Below are positions 26,026 through 40,769 of a stretch of 64,000 bases of DNA, in pieces. The notes under the pieces were generated by a model, which saw nothing but the letters and a program-made list of their open reading frames with translations, ran no database searches and was not told where the DNA came from. Source of the stretch: Callorhinchus milii. Its lineage: Eukaryota. How positions within the stretch are numbered: position 1 is the first letter of the stretch; each line of letters opens with the position of its first letter. The stretch lies in assembly GCF_018977255.1 (NCBI RefSeq), contig NW_024704742.1, forward strand, positions 83,764,001 to 83,828,000. The letters run 5' to 3'. A program made the translations under genes and the position numbers.

Positions 26026-27562
26026 ACCTGTAAAGACACCAGGCCCGCTTCTCTTGAGGGATGAAATGGCTTTACCACAAATCCCCATTTCCCTTGAGTT
26101 CCCCTGTTAGCTCATAGCCAGTAATGCAATCCTGGCTCCCATTAAGCCCACTGATTACAAACATAGGAAGGACTGGAATTAGTTTAGTCTTTCTCTCAGC
26201 AACAGGCTAACTCCATTACAGAAAGAAAGCATTAACTGCTTTGTGAGGAATTCTCTCCTGAAATCACAACACGACAAAGGTGATCTGATTTCTAGCAGTA
26301 CTTATAAGACTAAATAATATAGTCCATTAAAAAATGGGGAATGATTATGCATTGTCCAGAGCTCTTACTCTCGTTATCATTTGCTCATTTTTTAAGCACT
26401 GCAGTTTAAGTCAGATAAACCACAATAATTAAAGTGAAGAGAAGAAAAATAGTGTTCTGCTGGGGTTACTAGTGAACTTATGCCTCTAACCACATTTGTT
26501 TAAGAATGGTTGGACGCATAAGTTCACTAGTGTCTCAGCAGACTGCACTATGATCAGAGGTTAAGAGATCCCTCGTTAACTTATCCGCATATTGACTTCC
26601 CAGTCAGGTAAAGGAAGGTTTAATTAGAGTACGTCACTTGTTCATGCCTCTTGGTGCCAAGATATAATTTGAGGATGAGGAAAATTCCTAGAATGAAACG
26701 TTAGCATCCTTTTCCTCCCCAAAAAATCAATTTTGAAACATTCGATTCACAATGCAATGCAAACAAAAGACCTACCTCTATGGCTGCGTTTTTGGTCATC
26801 TTTCCACTCCCCACCTTCCGTGGCCCGATGTGAAAGGAGCTCTTTTAACGTAAATTGTCTTAATAATAATAATCCTTGCATTTGATATAGCGCTTTTCAC
26901 ATCGGGAGGATGTCCCAAAGCTTCACAGAACACACTGTAAAGTGAATTGACTGTATTTTGTGGACAAAATGCCGCAGCCAATTGCACACAACAATGTCCT
27001 ACGAACAGCCTTATTGAATCTGTTAGGAAACATCACACTTTGCATTCATCCCCCAAAATTGGATACATTAGTTGCCCTCCCTCCCCACCCACCCCTGATT
27101 TCAGAGCAATATTTAGCTCATACGTTTGCTCGTACATTTTGCCTGCCTCTGAGCACAGAATAATGAGCTAATTCTTTAGTGGGGTTCATATTCTGTGCGA
27201 ACGTGCAGCAAGGTTTAAAAACCAATGGCACCTCTGGCAGGTTCAGTCTACAGGTATAATGAACTACAAAGACTTTAAAGAGCTACAAAGAATGTAAAGG
27301 CAGCCCTGACCAAATTCTTCAAGTTTCTTTATTATTATTATTGATAATAATATTAATAATATTAGTAATATTAATATTATTCATAATAATCCTTGCATCT
27401 GAGATAGCATCTTATCACAGTCATCGAGACACACTTCTCAGCGCTTCTCAAAGCGCTTCACAGGATTTACTGTGAAGTGGAGTGACTGTGTATTTTGTGG
27501 ACGAAACAGAATGGAAAATTTAGTAGCCATTTTGTATCTCAGATTGTGGTCTTTTTTTAAAA

Positions 27563-27806
27563 AAACAACTTGGATTTATATAGCGCCCTCCACGCCGGAC
27601 AGCGTCTCAGAGTGCTTCACAGTAACGGATCCCGGGGCCGAGCCAGGGGGAGGGGGAGGAAGGTGACCAAAGGCGCAGTCGAAAAGAAAGGTCTTCAGCA
27701 GAGACCTGAACGTGGGAAGAGAGGGCGCGAGACGAAGGGAGTGAGGAAAGGAGTTCCAAAGCCTTGGGGCATAGTGGCTGAAGGCACGGCTGCCGATGGT
27801 AGAGCA
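27563..27806 (-). mobile_element. L2a 3' end
   Basis: Nearly identical to 24670-24910. Confidence 0.9.
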
Positions 27807-28794
27807 GCAAGTTAAATAAATCAACATCCTGTAAAGCAGGACCTGAAAGTTTACTCAGGAACCGACTATCAAGAGCGCCACCGGGGGCTAACTTGATTCT
27901 GACATTCCTTTGCCAAGCGTGCCACCTTAGAGCCAGTTCAGCTCCAAGGAGACCCCGCTTACCTCACCCCCCAGAGGATAGTCACTATGTGGTTGCTTAA
28001 CATCTGACAAGCGTGGGTTTGAGCCTCACAAGGAGGATAGTAATTCCCAGGAGCTTCCTGGTGGACAACATAGTTCATCATGAAATACATATGAGGGCAA
28101 TGCCATAATCTTCCTGCCCACAGCTCAGACACACATCCCTTCCCATTGAACAATGGTTCTGCCAGTTGGAGGTGCGGACCACGTACTCTTTAATATTTGT
28201 CATTTTAAGCAGTTACCTCATTCCCCATTTGTCTGTCAGTCTGTCTCACAACACTTATTGAATGTGGAAGCCACCAACATAACACAAACTTCATGACAGT
28301 TATATAGCAACAAGTGTTACCCAGCAGGTCCATGATCTAATCCATCAAGTGTTGTTGCTTTCACAGTGCTTTATGAGCTCGAGGGAGACAGAGGCATTGT
28401 TTCCCAACTCTCTGTGTCATGCATCACTGTGCCTTTACAAAACATTAATGCTATAAATGCTACGGTAGCACAGAGTGTGCACACTTGGAGCAGGAGTAAT
28501 TCAGCCAAGCACTATAAGACTGTTAAGATGGTAGCTATGAGACGAATGAGGTGACATAAGGTTTTCGAGTGTAAGTTGTGATATTTCTTCATGGAATTCA
28601 GAGGACTCCTTCCAGTAACTCCAATCCCCGGCAACACGGCTCTGGCATGCGGAGCAGAGTTCCTGCTTGTCGACAGGAATTCCAGTGAGATTCCTTATTA
28701 AGGAATTCCCACCAAGAAATGCTGCAAATTAGATCCCAACATTCATGTTAATCAACATTCTCCTGCCCTCTGGCTAGAACGACAAGTCAGTGAA

Positions 28795-29090
28795 CAGCCT
28801 GCTTCACGTCCTCCGCCCCATCTGGCCCAACATTGGAGGTTGGGGTTTCAGCGTATCTTCTCCCACCCTCTGGAACTCCATCACCGAGATTCTTCGACTC
28901 GTTCCTTCTCTCTCCTCCTTCAAGATCCACCTCAAGATGTACTTCTTTGACCAGCTATTTTCCCCTCCCTCCCTCTCTCCTCCTCCCCACCTCCTCTATC
29001 CCACCACCCCCTTGGATCCCACCCCAGCCCAGAAAATCCTGGACTGTCCTCCTGACGTGAAAGGCACAAACTATATAAATGTAAATTTGC
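28795..29090 (+). mobile_element. L2b 3' fragment
   Basis: Ends gtcctcctgacgtgaaaggcac. Confidence 0.8.
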
Positions 29091-30372
29091 ATTGAATTGT
29101 AAGATTTAAAAGCTCTGTGGTGACATCCTGACTGCACATGTTGTTATTCGAAGCCAGCCTCTACCAGGATTCAAACCTGTTCACATTGTGGAGAGATGTG
29201 TCTTCTTTCTTTAACTCCGGCACCGCAGTTTGCATTATAAAACACGATATCCAACAAACTCAGTCACATGTCTTAACTTGTACTCTGTTTAATTTGTGTG
29301 TTATCATGGCAACGCAGGGGATGTAGTTTTACCATACCTTTTCAGAGTTGTGGAGACAACAATAATTTTTTAAGCAGTTAGCTATGTGCGATATAAATCA
29401 TGAGATCACTCTTGGCCAATCCAAGGCAACTGTTTAGTGGTGCATGGAGACCTTATCAAATGGCTGAGATGTGCCTGGAACCTGCCACACACTCTTACAC
29501 ACTCCACGCTCAGTTCAGAAACCTTTATGGCAACCATCTCCAGGAAGAATTAAAAGCATGGGCTGCGGGGGAGGCGGGGAGAGAAATGAAAAACGATTCA
29601 ACAGCAAATATTCCTTGCATTTAGAATGCTTTTTAAAAAAGTTTGTATGTTGCTAGGATGAATTTCCTTCTGCTGTAAGAGCCAGTTGGTTCTCCTCGGT
29701 CCCCTCCATCTCACTGGGTAGGTAGGTTAACCCCTCACAGTGCCAATTCACAATTAAAAGAGCTTCTCAGACGACACTCTGAAGAAGCAAGCAAGTATTG
29801 TCTTCTGTTATTAAATGGAGAATAGCAAATTACTGGAAGTGTGTTGTAAGTTACAAAAAATCCTTGCATTTGGTGCAGCACCTTTTACGTCAAAGCGCTT
29901 CACAGGATTTACTGTAAAGGGTCGTGACTTTGTATTTTGTAGGTGAACACAACAGCCAACGTTATAACACCGGGTGAGGGGGTAATAATATCACATGTTG
30001 CAATTCATGACCCCCACCTCCAACATCACAAAGTTCAAGTGGGGGAAGACGGATTGGGATGGAACCCGCACAGATTAAATTAGGTTCACAGATAACCAAT
30101 AAATTTACCAATCTTGGTGGGGTGAAATAATAATGAAATGTTACCATTATCTCTGAATGTGTGAAGACTGTGACTCTCGGTAACTGTCTTTCTCTCTTAT
30201 CTTTATTTCATTAAAACCACTTAGTTTTGCTCTACAGTTAATCATCTGCTTAATCAACATCATTTATCCCTCATCATTGTAAACATCTGAACCACTTCCT
30301 CTCAAATTTCTTTTGTCTATTATGACCCAATTGACTTTTCACATGCAATGAGTTGAGAAGCAATTGTAGGGA

Positions 30373-30665
30373 ATAATAATAATAATAATTCTTGCATTTG
30401 ATGTAGCACTTTATCATGTTGTTGAGGTAACTCAAAGCACTTCACAGGATATGCTGTAAAGTGGAGTGACTATGTATTTTGTGGGCAAAACGCGGTAGGC
30501 CAATTGCGCACAACAATGTCCCACAATTACGGATTTAAAGATCAATTTTATTTGTTGGCCAGGACACCGGGAGAAACTCCCTTTTCTTTTCAAATTCTGC
30601 TGTGGGATCTTTAATGTACACCTGAACAGGCAGATGGAACCTTGGTTTTATCTCTCCCCTGAAGG
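30373..30665 (-). mobile_element. Deu-domain SINE variant A, 5'-truncated
   Basis: (TTA)n tail plus Deu body. Confidence 0.8.
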
Positions 30666-31039
30666 CGGGGATGGGTATTCATGCAAAAACATTGATATTC
30701 CCATACTAACATGTAAATGTATGCTCCTTAAGTGAAGGTTATCTTTCTCTCCCACTCAGCTTCCATGGATCAAATGTGTTCTTAATTGAATTCTGTTTGA
30801 AACATTCCTACAGAAAAACCTCAATAAATTTCTCCGAATTTAACCTTTTTAAACAAAAGAAACCCTTTCTGTGGACATGCATTCATGAGGGAAAAGGGAA
30901 TAGAGGGATAATGGGAGAAGGGATTAGGAGTGGAGGTTTGTGTGGAGCATAAAATAGTATAAACACTGGCATGGACTCGTTGTGCCAAATGGCCTGTTTC
31001 TATGCTGTAACATTCTATGCAATTATAATAATCCTACAA

Positions 31040-31410
31040 TAATAATCCTTACATTTGACACAGCACCTTATCCGGTTGTTGAGACGTCTCAAAGCGCTTC
31101 ACAGGATATATTGTAAAGTGAATTGATTGTATATTTTGTGGGCCAAACGTGGCAGCCAATTGCATACAGGAGTGTCCCACAAACAGTCATGGATCAAGTG
31201 ACCCAATTTTTTTTCGGGGGGAGGGATTATTACCCCCGTAAAGCGATCAGCCAAACGACTAACAATCGGGTGCCTACTGACTGCTTGGTAAGCATAATAT
31301 AGGTGCGTGGTGTAAGGAAACTTGCCTAAGGTTTCGCTCCTCCCGGGAATCAAACCCGGGTCCTCTTGCTTGTGAGACAAATGTTCTAACCACTATGCTA
31401 TGGAACTCCA
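31040..31410 (-). mobile_element. SINE variant B, full length; CR1 3' tip just upstream (30870-31020)
   Basis: Head, middle segment and tail all present. Confidence 0.9.
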
Positions 31411-31459
31411 AACATTCCCAGCCCATTGTTTGTTAAAGGTAGGCTTGTAGGAGGCACAA

Positions 31460-33526
31460 GGTCGAGCTGCCGAACGCACCTGGACCAAATCCAAACTAAT
31501 GGTCCATCGGCAGATTTGGCTTCACCACACCAAGACCTACCGCTGTGCTCTTGCCTCCGCCAAATCCTCCTTCTACTCCAAGGTTATCGTGGAGGCAAAG
31601 GACAACCCCAGGCTTCTCTTTTCCACCACAAACCGTCTCCTCCGTCCACCTTCCCATACCTTGCCCATCCTCTCCTCAAACGCCAACTGTGAGGAGATGC
31701 TGGACTTCCTCAAATCCAAAATCAGGGGATACGTTCAGCCACCTCTGCCCCGTCCACAGCACCCCTACATCACCTCTCCCTCATGACCCACCCCCCACCC
31801 ATCCCCCCCCTATCCCCCCCTTCGACCCTATCTCTCCCTCCTCCCTCACCACGACTGTCCGCAAACTCAAACCCACCACCTGCTCCCTCGATCCCATCCC
31901 CACCTCTCTTCTCGTCTTCCAGCTCCACCTTCTGGCCCCTCTCCTGTCCGATGTCATCAACCTCTCCCTGTCCACCAGTTCAGTTCCCACCCCCTAAAAA
32001 CAGCCGTCATCACCCCCATCTTGAAAAAACCTTTCCCTGGAACCATCCCTCCTCTCCAGCTATCGCCCCATCTCTAACCTTCCATTCCTCTCCAAGATCC
32101 TGGAACGAGTCGTCGCGTCCCAGCTCTGCTCCTTTCTTTCTCGTCTTCCCTCTTTGAACCCCTCCAATCCGGCTTCCGTGCTGCCCACAGCACGGAAACA
32201 GCCCTGGTCAAAGTCACTAATGACATTCTGAACATCTGTGATCAGGGCTCCCTCTGCCTCCTTGTCCTCCTCGACCTCTCTGCCGCCTTCGACACTGTCA
32301 ACCACTCCATCCTCATACACCGTTTCTCCACTCTACTTAATCTTCACGGACCTGCCCTTGCCTGGTTCGATTCCTTTCTCTCTCACCGTCTCCACTTCGT
32401 TGCCTCTAACGGTTTCTCCTCCAGCCCCCGCACTGTCACATCTGGCGTCTGTCCTTGGTCCTCTCCCCTCCTCTTTAATATCTATATGCTCCCTCTTGGT
32501 GACATCATCCGCAGACATGGGGTCAACTTCCACATGTATGTGGATGACACCCAACTCTATCTTTCTGCCTCCACCCTCAACTCCAGGACCACTGCTGTCC
32601 TGACAGACTGCCTGTCAGACATCAAGTCCTGGATGAGGGCAAATTTCCTACAGTTGAATGTGAACAAGACTGAGGCCCTCCCGATTGGCTCACGCCAGCG
32701 CCTCTGCACCTCAGGCCTTGGCAGCATCAACCTCAAATTTGCACACCACAACCCATCAAGCCAGTCAGGAACCCAGGTGTCTTGTTCGACCCTCAATTGT
32801 CTTTTCTCCCCCACATTCAAGCCATGACCCATTCTGCCTTCCCTCACCACCATAACATCACCCGACTCCACCACTACCTCACCCCTCAGGCCACTGAAAC
32901 TCTTGTTCATGCCTTCATCACCTCCAGGCTCGACTATGCAAACGCCCTGCTTGTCGGCCTTCCCAACTCCTCCCTCCACAGGCTGCAGATAATCCAGAAC
33001 TCTGCAGCCCGTGTTCTCGCGCGCACCAAACTCCGTGACCCCTCTCCCCCGACTCCACTGGCTCCCTATCCTTCAGAAGATCCAGTTCAAGATCCTGGTC
33101 CTCACATACAAAGCCCTCCATGGCCTCGCTCCACCCTACCTCTGCGAACTCCTAACCCCCTACAACCCGCCCGTTCCCTCCGCTCAGCCGGCTCTGGCCT
33201 GCTCCACGTCCCCCGACCCACCCGCCCCACCATTGGCGGGAGAGCCTTCAGCCACTCTGCCCCCAACCTCTGGAATTCCATCCTCCAATCACTCCGTCTC
33301 GCCCCCTCCATGGCCTCCTTCAAGTCCCGCCTCAAGACCCTCCTCTTTGACCATGCCTCCTCTTTGACCATGCCATGTCTCCTCTTTGACCATGCCTCCC
33401 CTCCCTTCCCCCCCCCGCCCCTGACCCCAACTCGGGTTTGAAATGCTGTACTCTGTCCAGAGCCTTGAGACGTCCTCCTGACGTGAAAGGCGCTATACAG
33501 ATGTAATCTTGTTGTTGTTGTTGTTG
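31460..33526 (+). mobile_element. L2 LINE family b, 5'-truncated, frameshifted ORF2
   Basis: KDNPRLLFST, CSLDPIPT, HMYVDDTQLY, HAFITSRLDY; terminal hairpin and (TTG)n tail; ctctttgaccatgcc triplicated at 33343-33398. Confidence 0.95.
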
Positions 33527-35369
33527 TAGAAAGAGTTGTCAACTTCAATCAAGCTTTTAACCTTTATAGTTAATGGGGAGAAATATGTGTTATGAGATAT
33601 AATTATCACCATTGCGAGCCTGGAGATGACCCAGTCAACAGCCTGCCTCCCACCCAAGTTTGTTCAAATAGATTCGCCCAAAAGCCACTTGCTGCAGCTG
33701 CACTCACTGAGAGTCTGCCAGTGCCTTTGATCATGGCCCCCGCAAAGATCGCAGCGTTTCGGTCCCGGTTCGGGGAACATCAGCTTAACCCGACTTTATG
33801 CTGATGGTTATAATTACCAGGTCACAGACTGCAGTTGCTCTCCTGCCCCAGGTATTATACAACATTGCTCACCATTATTGCTTATATTCTGAATGTTAAG
33901 CACCAGCTCACTGCTGAGCCCAAATCTGCATTCAGCATTCCAATTGTAAAAACAATCTGCAGTGAAATAATATTCCTTCTTTTTAAATGAACACACTGCA
34001 AACTTTCCATGTGTCCTGGTTCACTTGCCTATAAAATGAGCTACTTTACTTCAATAGCCTTGCACGATATATATATAAAAAAAGCAGCTATTCGAAAAGA
34101 GAAGGGAGTTTCTCTCTCCCGATGTCCTGATCAATAATCTCCCAAATAAAATTGGTAATTTACTCCATCACTGTTTGTGCTATATAACTGTGTGCAATTG
34201 GCTGCCGTATTTCAACCCCGAAATACACAGTCACTGGACTTAACAGTGTAACCTATGAAGCGCTTTGAGATGTATCAACAACCTGATAAAGCGTTATATC
34301 AAATGCAAGGATTATTATTAACGACCTCCCCTTCTCAGGTAGTATTTTCCTTTTAAAGATTCAATATGCTCGGAGCTGCCTGCATTATCTGCTTCCACGT
34401 CTGTGAGAAGGGCTTTTCATTTCAGTGCCTGAAAAATGCTTCATCAGATTTTAAACAAATGTCAAGTAAACTTGACAAGTGATTCACATTAATCCCTACT
34501 TTCCAAAAACGTGCATATTGGAGCCTGTAGGAGTATGCCTGTGCTTGTGTCCAGGCCTGCACTTTTATTATTGAAGAAACAGGACAGGCCCAGAGCAGGA
34601 TGCTAATGCAGGAATCCCACAGGACTAGAAAGAATTAATTGTAATGCTGGCGAGATGGGACTGGTCTGGGAATTAAAGTTGAAACAGTGAGAGGGGATGA
34701 GCAGAAACGTCAGTATTCTGAGAAACAAGTGGGACTAAGGAAACAGAGGTGGAGACGGGGAAAAATACGGAGGATTCATAATGGATAAGGTATCAGTGCA
34801 GTGAGAGGCCATAGCCGCAGGTATAAACCTCAGGCTAACATCTAAAATTGAGACTCTATTGATAAACGACTCCATTTGAAGTGAGACCATCTATTGTCCT
34901 TGAAGACAAGCTTAGAGGAGTTCGGGCAGGTGGAGGCATTTGAAGATTTGATGTCAAAATGTTTTATGTCCTTGGGCTATAGGAGGATGGATGCAAATCA
35001 ACCAGCTCTTTGTTGTGTAGTTGAAAGGTGACGTGCACCACAGTTATGTATACCCTTTATATTTGAGTCCTCGGGCTGCAATCCAGGCTTGGCACTGACT
35101 TCGGTGCTGCCTATTTTGATTGCCGGAGAGATTCCTGAAAGAACATCAATCAAATGTTAGTACTCCTACTCTCTTGCTATTAGATTGCCCTCCGCCCAAC
35201 ATTTCTTGCTTACTCATTGCCAATAACAACAACAACAACTTGAATTTATATTGTGCCCTTCGAGAAGGAAGGGGTAGGGGGGAATAGTGTCGGAGCACTC
35301 CCGCTGCAGCTTCCATTACTGATCGGCTCGAATGAGTGCAAGTTCTCTCAGAAGCTTTGTGAACAAAGG

Positions 35370-35590
35370 CACCACCTTGTGCAGCACTGAGCCATAAAAA
35401 GATTGGAAGATTTGAATCCCCGGCTGTGTTGGGTTGACTATTCTCAGTTCAGCTACTTTACTACAAATGGCTTTGGACCCTCTGGATTAGGCAGGGTTCC
35501 TGCCCCTGGTCGTTATCTCAAAACCTCGACTGGAAAGTGTTAAATAATGGATGTCGAATAATGACAAGATGCTTGAGTTGTGTAATAAAT
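35370..35590 (+). mobile_element. Ancient SINE-like family Y copy
   Basis: Shares ggattagg...agggttcctg...ctcgactgg-like motifs with 42440-42650. Confidence 0.55.
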
Positions 35591-36686
35591 CCTAAATAAT
35601 AAGAATAATCCTTGCCTTTGATATAGCACCTTATCACATTGTTAAGACGTCTCAAAGAGCTTCACAAAATATATTGTAAAGTGAATTGACTTGTGTATTT
35701 CGTGAGTGAAATGGCAACAACAACCACTCATCCTGCTGTCAAATTGGAAGGTTGTTCCAAAGAAATCCTAAACTGCTAGTTTTTCATCATAAAAGATGAG
35801 CACACTTCAACATTAATACAACAAAACAAAGTTTTTTTTTCCACTCTACATGTCTCATTCTCAAATTAAAGTAAAATGAGAGTAAGCATTCGCTTCCTGC
35901 ACTCCACTATTTGTAGGTAAGTAAATCAGGGCAGGTCTGGGAAGCAGTTGACAAATGACAATAAGGCAGGATTGGAAACAGTTTTGTGGGAGTAATCTGA
36001 TTGAAATTGGATCCTGTGTCCCTCTCTGATACATCCATAAATCTCGTGTGCCCTTACCAGTGCTCTTAAAGCTTGACCCTTAGAGGCCTACAGGAGAATT
36101 TCTGAAACACAACAGCTCGAATTTTAAGTGAGGAAATACACTGGAATGGCTTACATTTCATTTGAGTTTGAGGACTATTTTTTGGAGAATTCCTTGAAAT
36201 GAATTCCTATCACGGCTTAACCTCAGCTCCCAAGCTCACGTTTCTTTTAACACTTTGTTCCATATTCCCTATGGGTTTTGGAATGTTCGCTGCAGTCAGG
36301 AAATGGAAAGCTTTAAAACGTACAAGTCGTTTTTCTTGAATTTGCTGCTCCTAAAATTAATTTTAATACAATGTCCCTAACCACTTCACAGGCGATTGCT
36401 TTCAAGGGTAGTGACTTTTTAAAAAAATAGAAAGCAAACGCAGGAAACCAGCAAGGTCCCACAAACAACCATGAAGTTTCTAATTTGCATGAGCAATCCT
36501 AGTCATCTACCAGATATTATGTTGGAAGACAGAATTAGCTGCATTCAAGACTCCTGTTTTATTTGGCTTAATAGTTTTGTCATTGCTAACTCCCTCCACC
36601 TCTCCACACTGAGAGTAACTCCGGGTATCATATTCTTTTTGCACCAGCATTTAAAATATTAGACTCCTCATTTAAAAATATTGCGC

Positions 36687-37100
36687 CAGCTTGGCTCAAT
36701 TGGTAGCACTCTCTCCTCTGAGTTAGAAGGTTGTGGGTTCAAGCCCCATGTCGGTACTGTGAAATCACAGTCTGGGGTGACACTCCAGTGCAGTGCTGGG
36801 GGAATGCTGCATTATTGGCGATGTCTTCCTTTGGATGAGAAATTAAACTCATATTCCATCTACCTCTTCAGGTGAACATTTAACGGTACTATTCAAAAAG
36901 AGAAGGGAGTATTTTCTGATGTGCTGGTGAACAATTCCCCAAGTTCATCTCATGGTTGTTTGTGGGACATTGCTGTGCATAAATTGGCTATGATATTCGC
37001 CTACAAAAATACACAGTCACTCCACTTTATAGAGTATCCTGTGAAGCAATTCATATCCTCCTGATATGAAATGCGCTATTCAAAAGTAAGGATTATTATA
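36687..37100 (+). mobile_element. Full-length old Deu-domain SINE (variant A, SacSINE1-like)
   Basis: tRNA head (tggctcaattgg, ggttcaagccc), Deu-type core gacactccagtgcagtgctgggggaatgctgc...ggatgaga, shared tail. Confidence 0.85.
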
Positions 37101-37264
37101 ATTTTTGGATTATATCATTGTTAGCATTGTGATGTGCCAAGGAGACCAGTTTAACTGGCAGATTCACAAGTAACATGGATCAAATTCCAGATCTGGTCAT
37201 TTCCTAACAAGTAACTTTAAAGCAAGTAAACACAGAAGAGCGTGTGTTATGAAGAAACATGAAA

Positions 37265-37690
37265 GTATTGAATATCTCTATAAAGCAACCGGGTCAGATG
37301 GGCTGCACCCTAGAATTCTCCAGGAAATGTGAGAGGAAATTGGTGTTTCAGATTATTATTTGAAGCTCCACAAACACTGGAGATGTACCAGAAGATAACA
37401 AATATTATCCTGTTATTCACTAAAGCAGTGGGACATAAGCCTAGAAAGTATAGATCAGTTTATTTTATGGGGGAAGTGCTTGAGAATATTAGGAGCCAAC
37501 CTGGACTAAACCAGGAGTCAAAAGAAGTCAAGAAGCGATGGATCAATCCTCACCAATCATCAATCATAATTCTTTGAAGAGGTATGTAAATCAGTGTAAC
37601 AAAGACAGTGCGTGCTGCATAATTTACACAGCATTTGATAAAGCTCGAAATGTGAAACTTCTGAAGAAGATTGAAGTTCACAGACTTAAA
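37265..37690 (+). mobile_element. Highly decayed CR1 reverse transcriptase fragment
   Basis: PGSDGLHPRIL, KYRSV and AFDK remnants. Confidence 0.7.
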
Positions 37691-37691
37691 T

Positions 37692-38052
37692 GTGGAGTCC
37701 TGTTGCGTAGTGGTTAGAGCAATAACCTCATAAGCAAGAACCCAGATTCAATTCCCGGGCATAGCGAAACCTTAGGCAAATTTCCTTTCTCCACACGTTT
37801 GTTTACCTAGGAGTAAGTAGGAACAGGGTTGTTGGTGATTGGCGGATCGCATTTCCTGAGGCAATAATACCTTAAAAAATAATCTGGTCACTCAATCCAC
37901 GATTGTTTGTGGAACATTGCTGTCCGTAATTGGCTGCCGTGTTTCGCCCACAAGTGTACAGTCAATTCACTTTATAGTATATTCTGTGAAGCACTTTGAA
38001 ACGTCTCAATGACACGATAAGGCGCTTTATCAAATGCAAGGATTATTATTAT
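37692..38052 (+). mobile_element. SINE variant B, full length
   Basis: gtggagtcctg head through (TTA)n tail. Confidence 0.9.
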
Positions 38053-39384
38053 AAATGTCCGATTGGCTAGTTGGATTTGGACTCTGAGACCTTTCTGGTC
38101 TGCAAGTACAGCTTCATACTGGACAGTGTATTTGTAAACTGTTGCATCCACCACACAGCCCAAGCTCCATTAACAGACAAGTTTGTTCCTCCTTTGTTTT
38201 ATTATTGTACTGAAATAAAAACTACAATCTTATGGTATTTGCATTGTAGAGATGTTACTCTTCTTTGTGAGTGTGCTACGTCTAACCCCTTAATTATAAA
38301 ACAGCAATATTTACTAGGGATAAAAAGAAAGCAATTTTATAGACTTGCGCTCACTTTAAACTTAGGAGCGTGTTAACACTTTGAAAGGATTTGAAAGCTG
38401 TTGTGCCTCAAAGAATAACCAACTGCAGAATCCTCTATGTTTGTTTAGTTCAGTTTTAATTCTAGTTCATTTCAGTTTCAATTGCTGTTTAATTCAGCAG
38501 TGAAAGAGTTAAAGTGCAATTTCTGATGCATAAAATACATCAGAGTAACCAAGTAAGCATGAAAAATAATTAATAGCAGAGATGGCTTTTTTCCACAGGG
38601 CTTGAAATTAGCACTGACCCATCAGACCAAGACCACGGAACTTTCCCTGTGATAGTGGGATCCAGGTGCAGGTTCCAAAGGTGTCTGTTTGATGCATTTT
38701 ACACACTTTTGCAGGAAGCTTGCTTTTTATAAGAGGTACTTCTGTTTGAAAGGCATATCATGTTGGATGACCAATCTGCTTGCTGTGTAATGTTCCTCGC
38801 CTACTGGTCCCTCTGTTCACTGGCCTTGCAATGTCAAAGCCTTGCAAAGGATGAGAACGATATGCATTGTAACACGCTGAGATAGGCCAGGTAAACACTA
38901 AGGCTCACTGTCTAATGACTGGGCAGCTGCACAGCAGAACTAGCAGAATGAAATGGATCCATAGAAAACTATGACACAGTAGGAGACCATTGGTCCCATT
39001 GTATTAGTGCTGGTGTTTGCTCCTCCAGTGAAATTATTTTGCAAGCATTTTTTTCAGTTCAAAAGTCAGTTGTATGTGTGGCTTCGTAGTCAGGGGAACC
39101 GAAAACCCCAACATCTATGAATAATTCACACACTTCCATCGCCGATTCTGTTCACAAACCTCCTTTGCAGTGCCTTGTGTGGAATCAGACTTAGATCAAT
39201 CTGCAAGGAGCAGAAAAAATGGCAACAGAGACGCACCTTACCACAACAAATCCTGTCCATAATGATCACCTTAGGGATTAGTTTTAGTTAGTCTTGCACA
39301 AGCAGGTAACCTCTGAATGCAGGTTCATTCATTTGAGATCGTCTCTGAGGTTAGTTGATCATTGCATCTAGTTAGTCTTTGTAC

Positions 39385-39946
39385 CGGCGGTAGCGTAGTG
39401 ATTAGCGCGCTCACCTTGCAAGTGAGAGGACCTGGGGTTCGATTCCTAGACGGGCCGAAACCTTAGGCAAGTTTCCTTACTCCACACGCCTCTCTGCCTA
39501 GCAGTAAGTAAGAACCTGGATGTTAGTTGATTGTCAGATCCACTTTCCCAGCGCAATAATCCCTTCCAAAAAAAATTTGATCACTCAATCCACGACTGTT
39601 TGTGCGACACTGTTTTATGCAATTGGCTGCTGTGTATTGCCTACAAATACACAGTTGCTTCGCTTTACAAAATATTCCATGAAAAGCTTTAAGACGTCTC
39701 TATGACGTGATAAGGCGTGATATACAGAATATATAGCACAGAAAGAGGCCATTTGGCCCAACTGGTCTGTGCCGGTGTTTATGCTCCACATGAGCCTACT
39801 CCTGCCCTTCCTCAGCTAAGTCTTCAAGCCTAACCTTCTATTCCTTTCTCCCTCATGTGCCTATCTAGCTTCCACTTAAATACATCTATGCTATTTGCCT
39901 CAACAACTCCTTGTGGTAGCATTAAGTGCAAGGATTATTATTATTA
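39385..39946 (+). mobile_element. SINE variant B with a CR1 3' fragment (39724-39920, minus strand) inserted in its tail
   Basis: SINE breaks after gacgtgataaggcg and resumes aagtgcaaggattatt; the insert is a reverse CR1 terminus. Confidence 0.85.
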
Positions 39947-40769
39947 TGTCTTTAAAACAGTTCCATTTTCTCCATGTAACTTAATCAATACAAAATAGTT
40001 TCCAATCCTTTTATTTTATGCATCCATGGATAAAATAAACTTTCTCCTTTGTACAGATGCAGTGCCATCTAGTATTTGAAATGCTTCAGTACAATGGAAA
40101 TTATTGCAAAATAAGATGCCGAAGACATAGCTGCTTACTATATTTAGAATGAAAGTTCAGGTGAAAGGTCTATAATGAATCACAAAGCATGTAAATATTA
40201 CTGTATTTGGGCTACAATCAGGACATCATGTCACTTAAAGCCTATTACTGTTATTTATAAAGTGCTTCAACTATGTACAATGTGTTCACAATCTTCTTTT
40301 GGTTGTTCATCCCTTCAGCTCTCCAATGTGGTATACATGTTCAGTAAGTTGGGTTTCAGGCTTTTTCCTATCTTCAGGGCTATGCGAGAGCTGGTTTGAT
40401 CAGAGAATATCCCCAATGTTAACAGGGATTCATCCAATTGGAGGGAGGAGAAAAGAGATAAGTGGGCTAGAATTAGGTAAGAAGGGTCTGTCTTTCCAAA
40501 GAGAGAATGTGCATTCCTTTCCAAACACGGGAATGTCCATGAGTAAGTGTGATGCATGGAACTCTCAGTATGGTTTATAATAATAATAATAATCCCTGCA
40601 TTTGATATAGTGCCTTATTTAGATAAACATATTGATGGGTTTCCACATGTGTCAGAAACCCAGCTGACCAGAAAGAAATAACAGGGGCTCTCCTGCGTTT
40701 CTGGCCATGTTCTGTCAAGGAGGATTGCCTCCTCATTACAAAGTCAAAGTGTCATGCTGGACAGAATTA

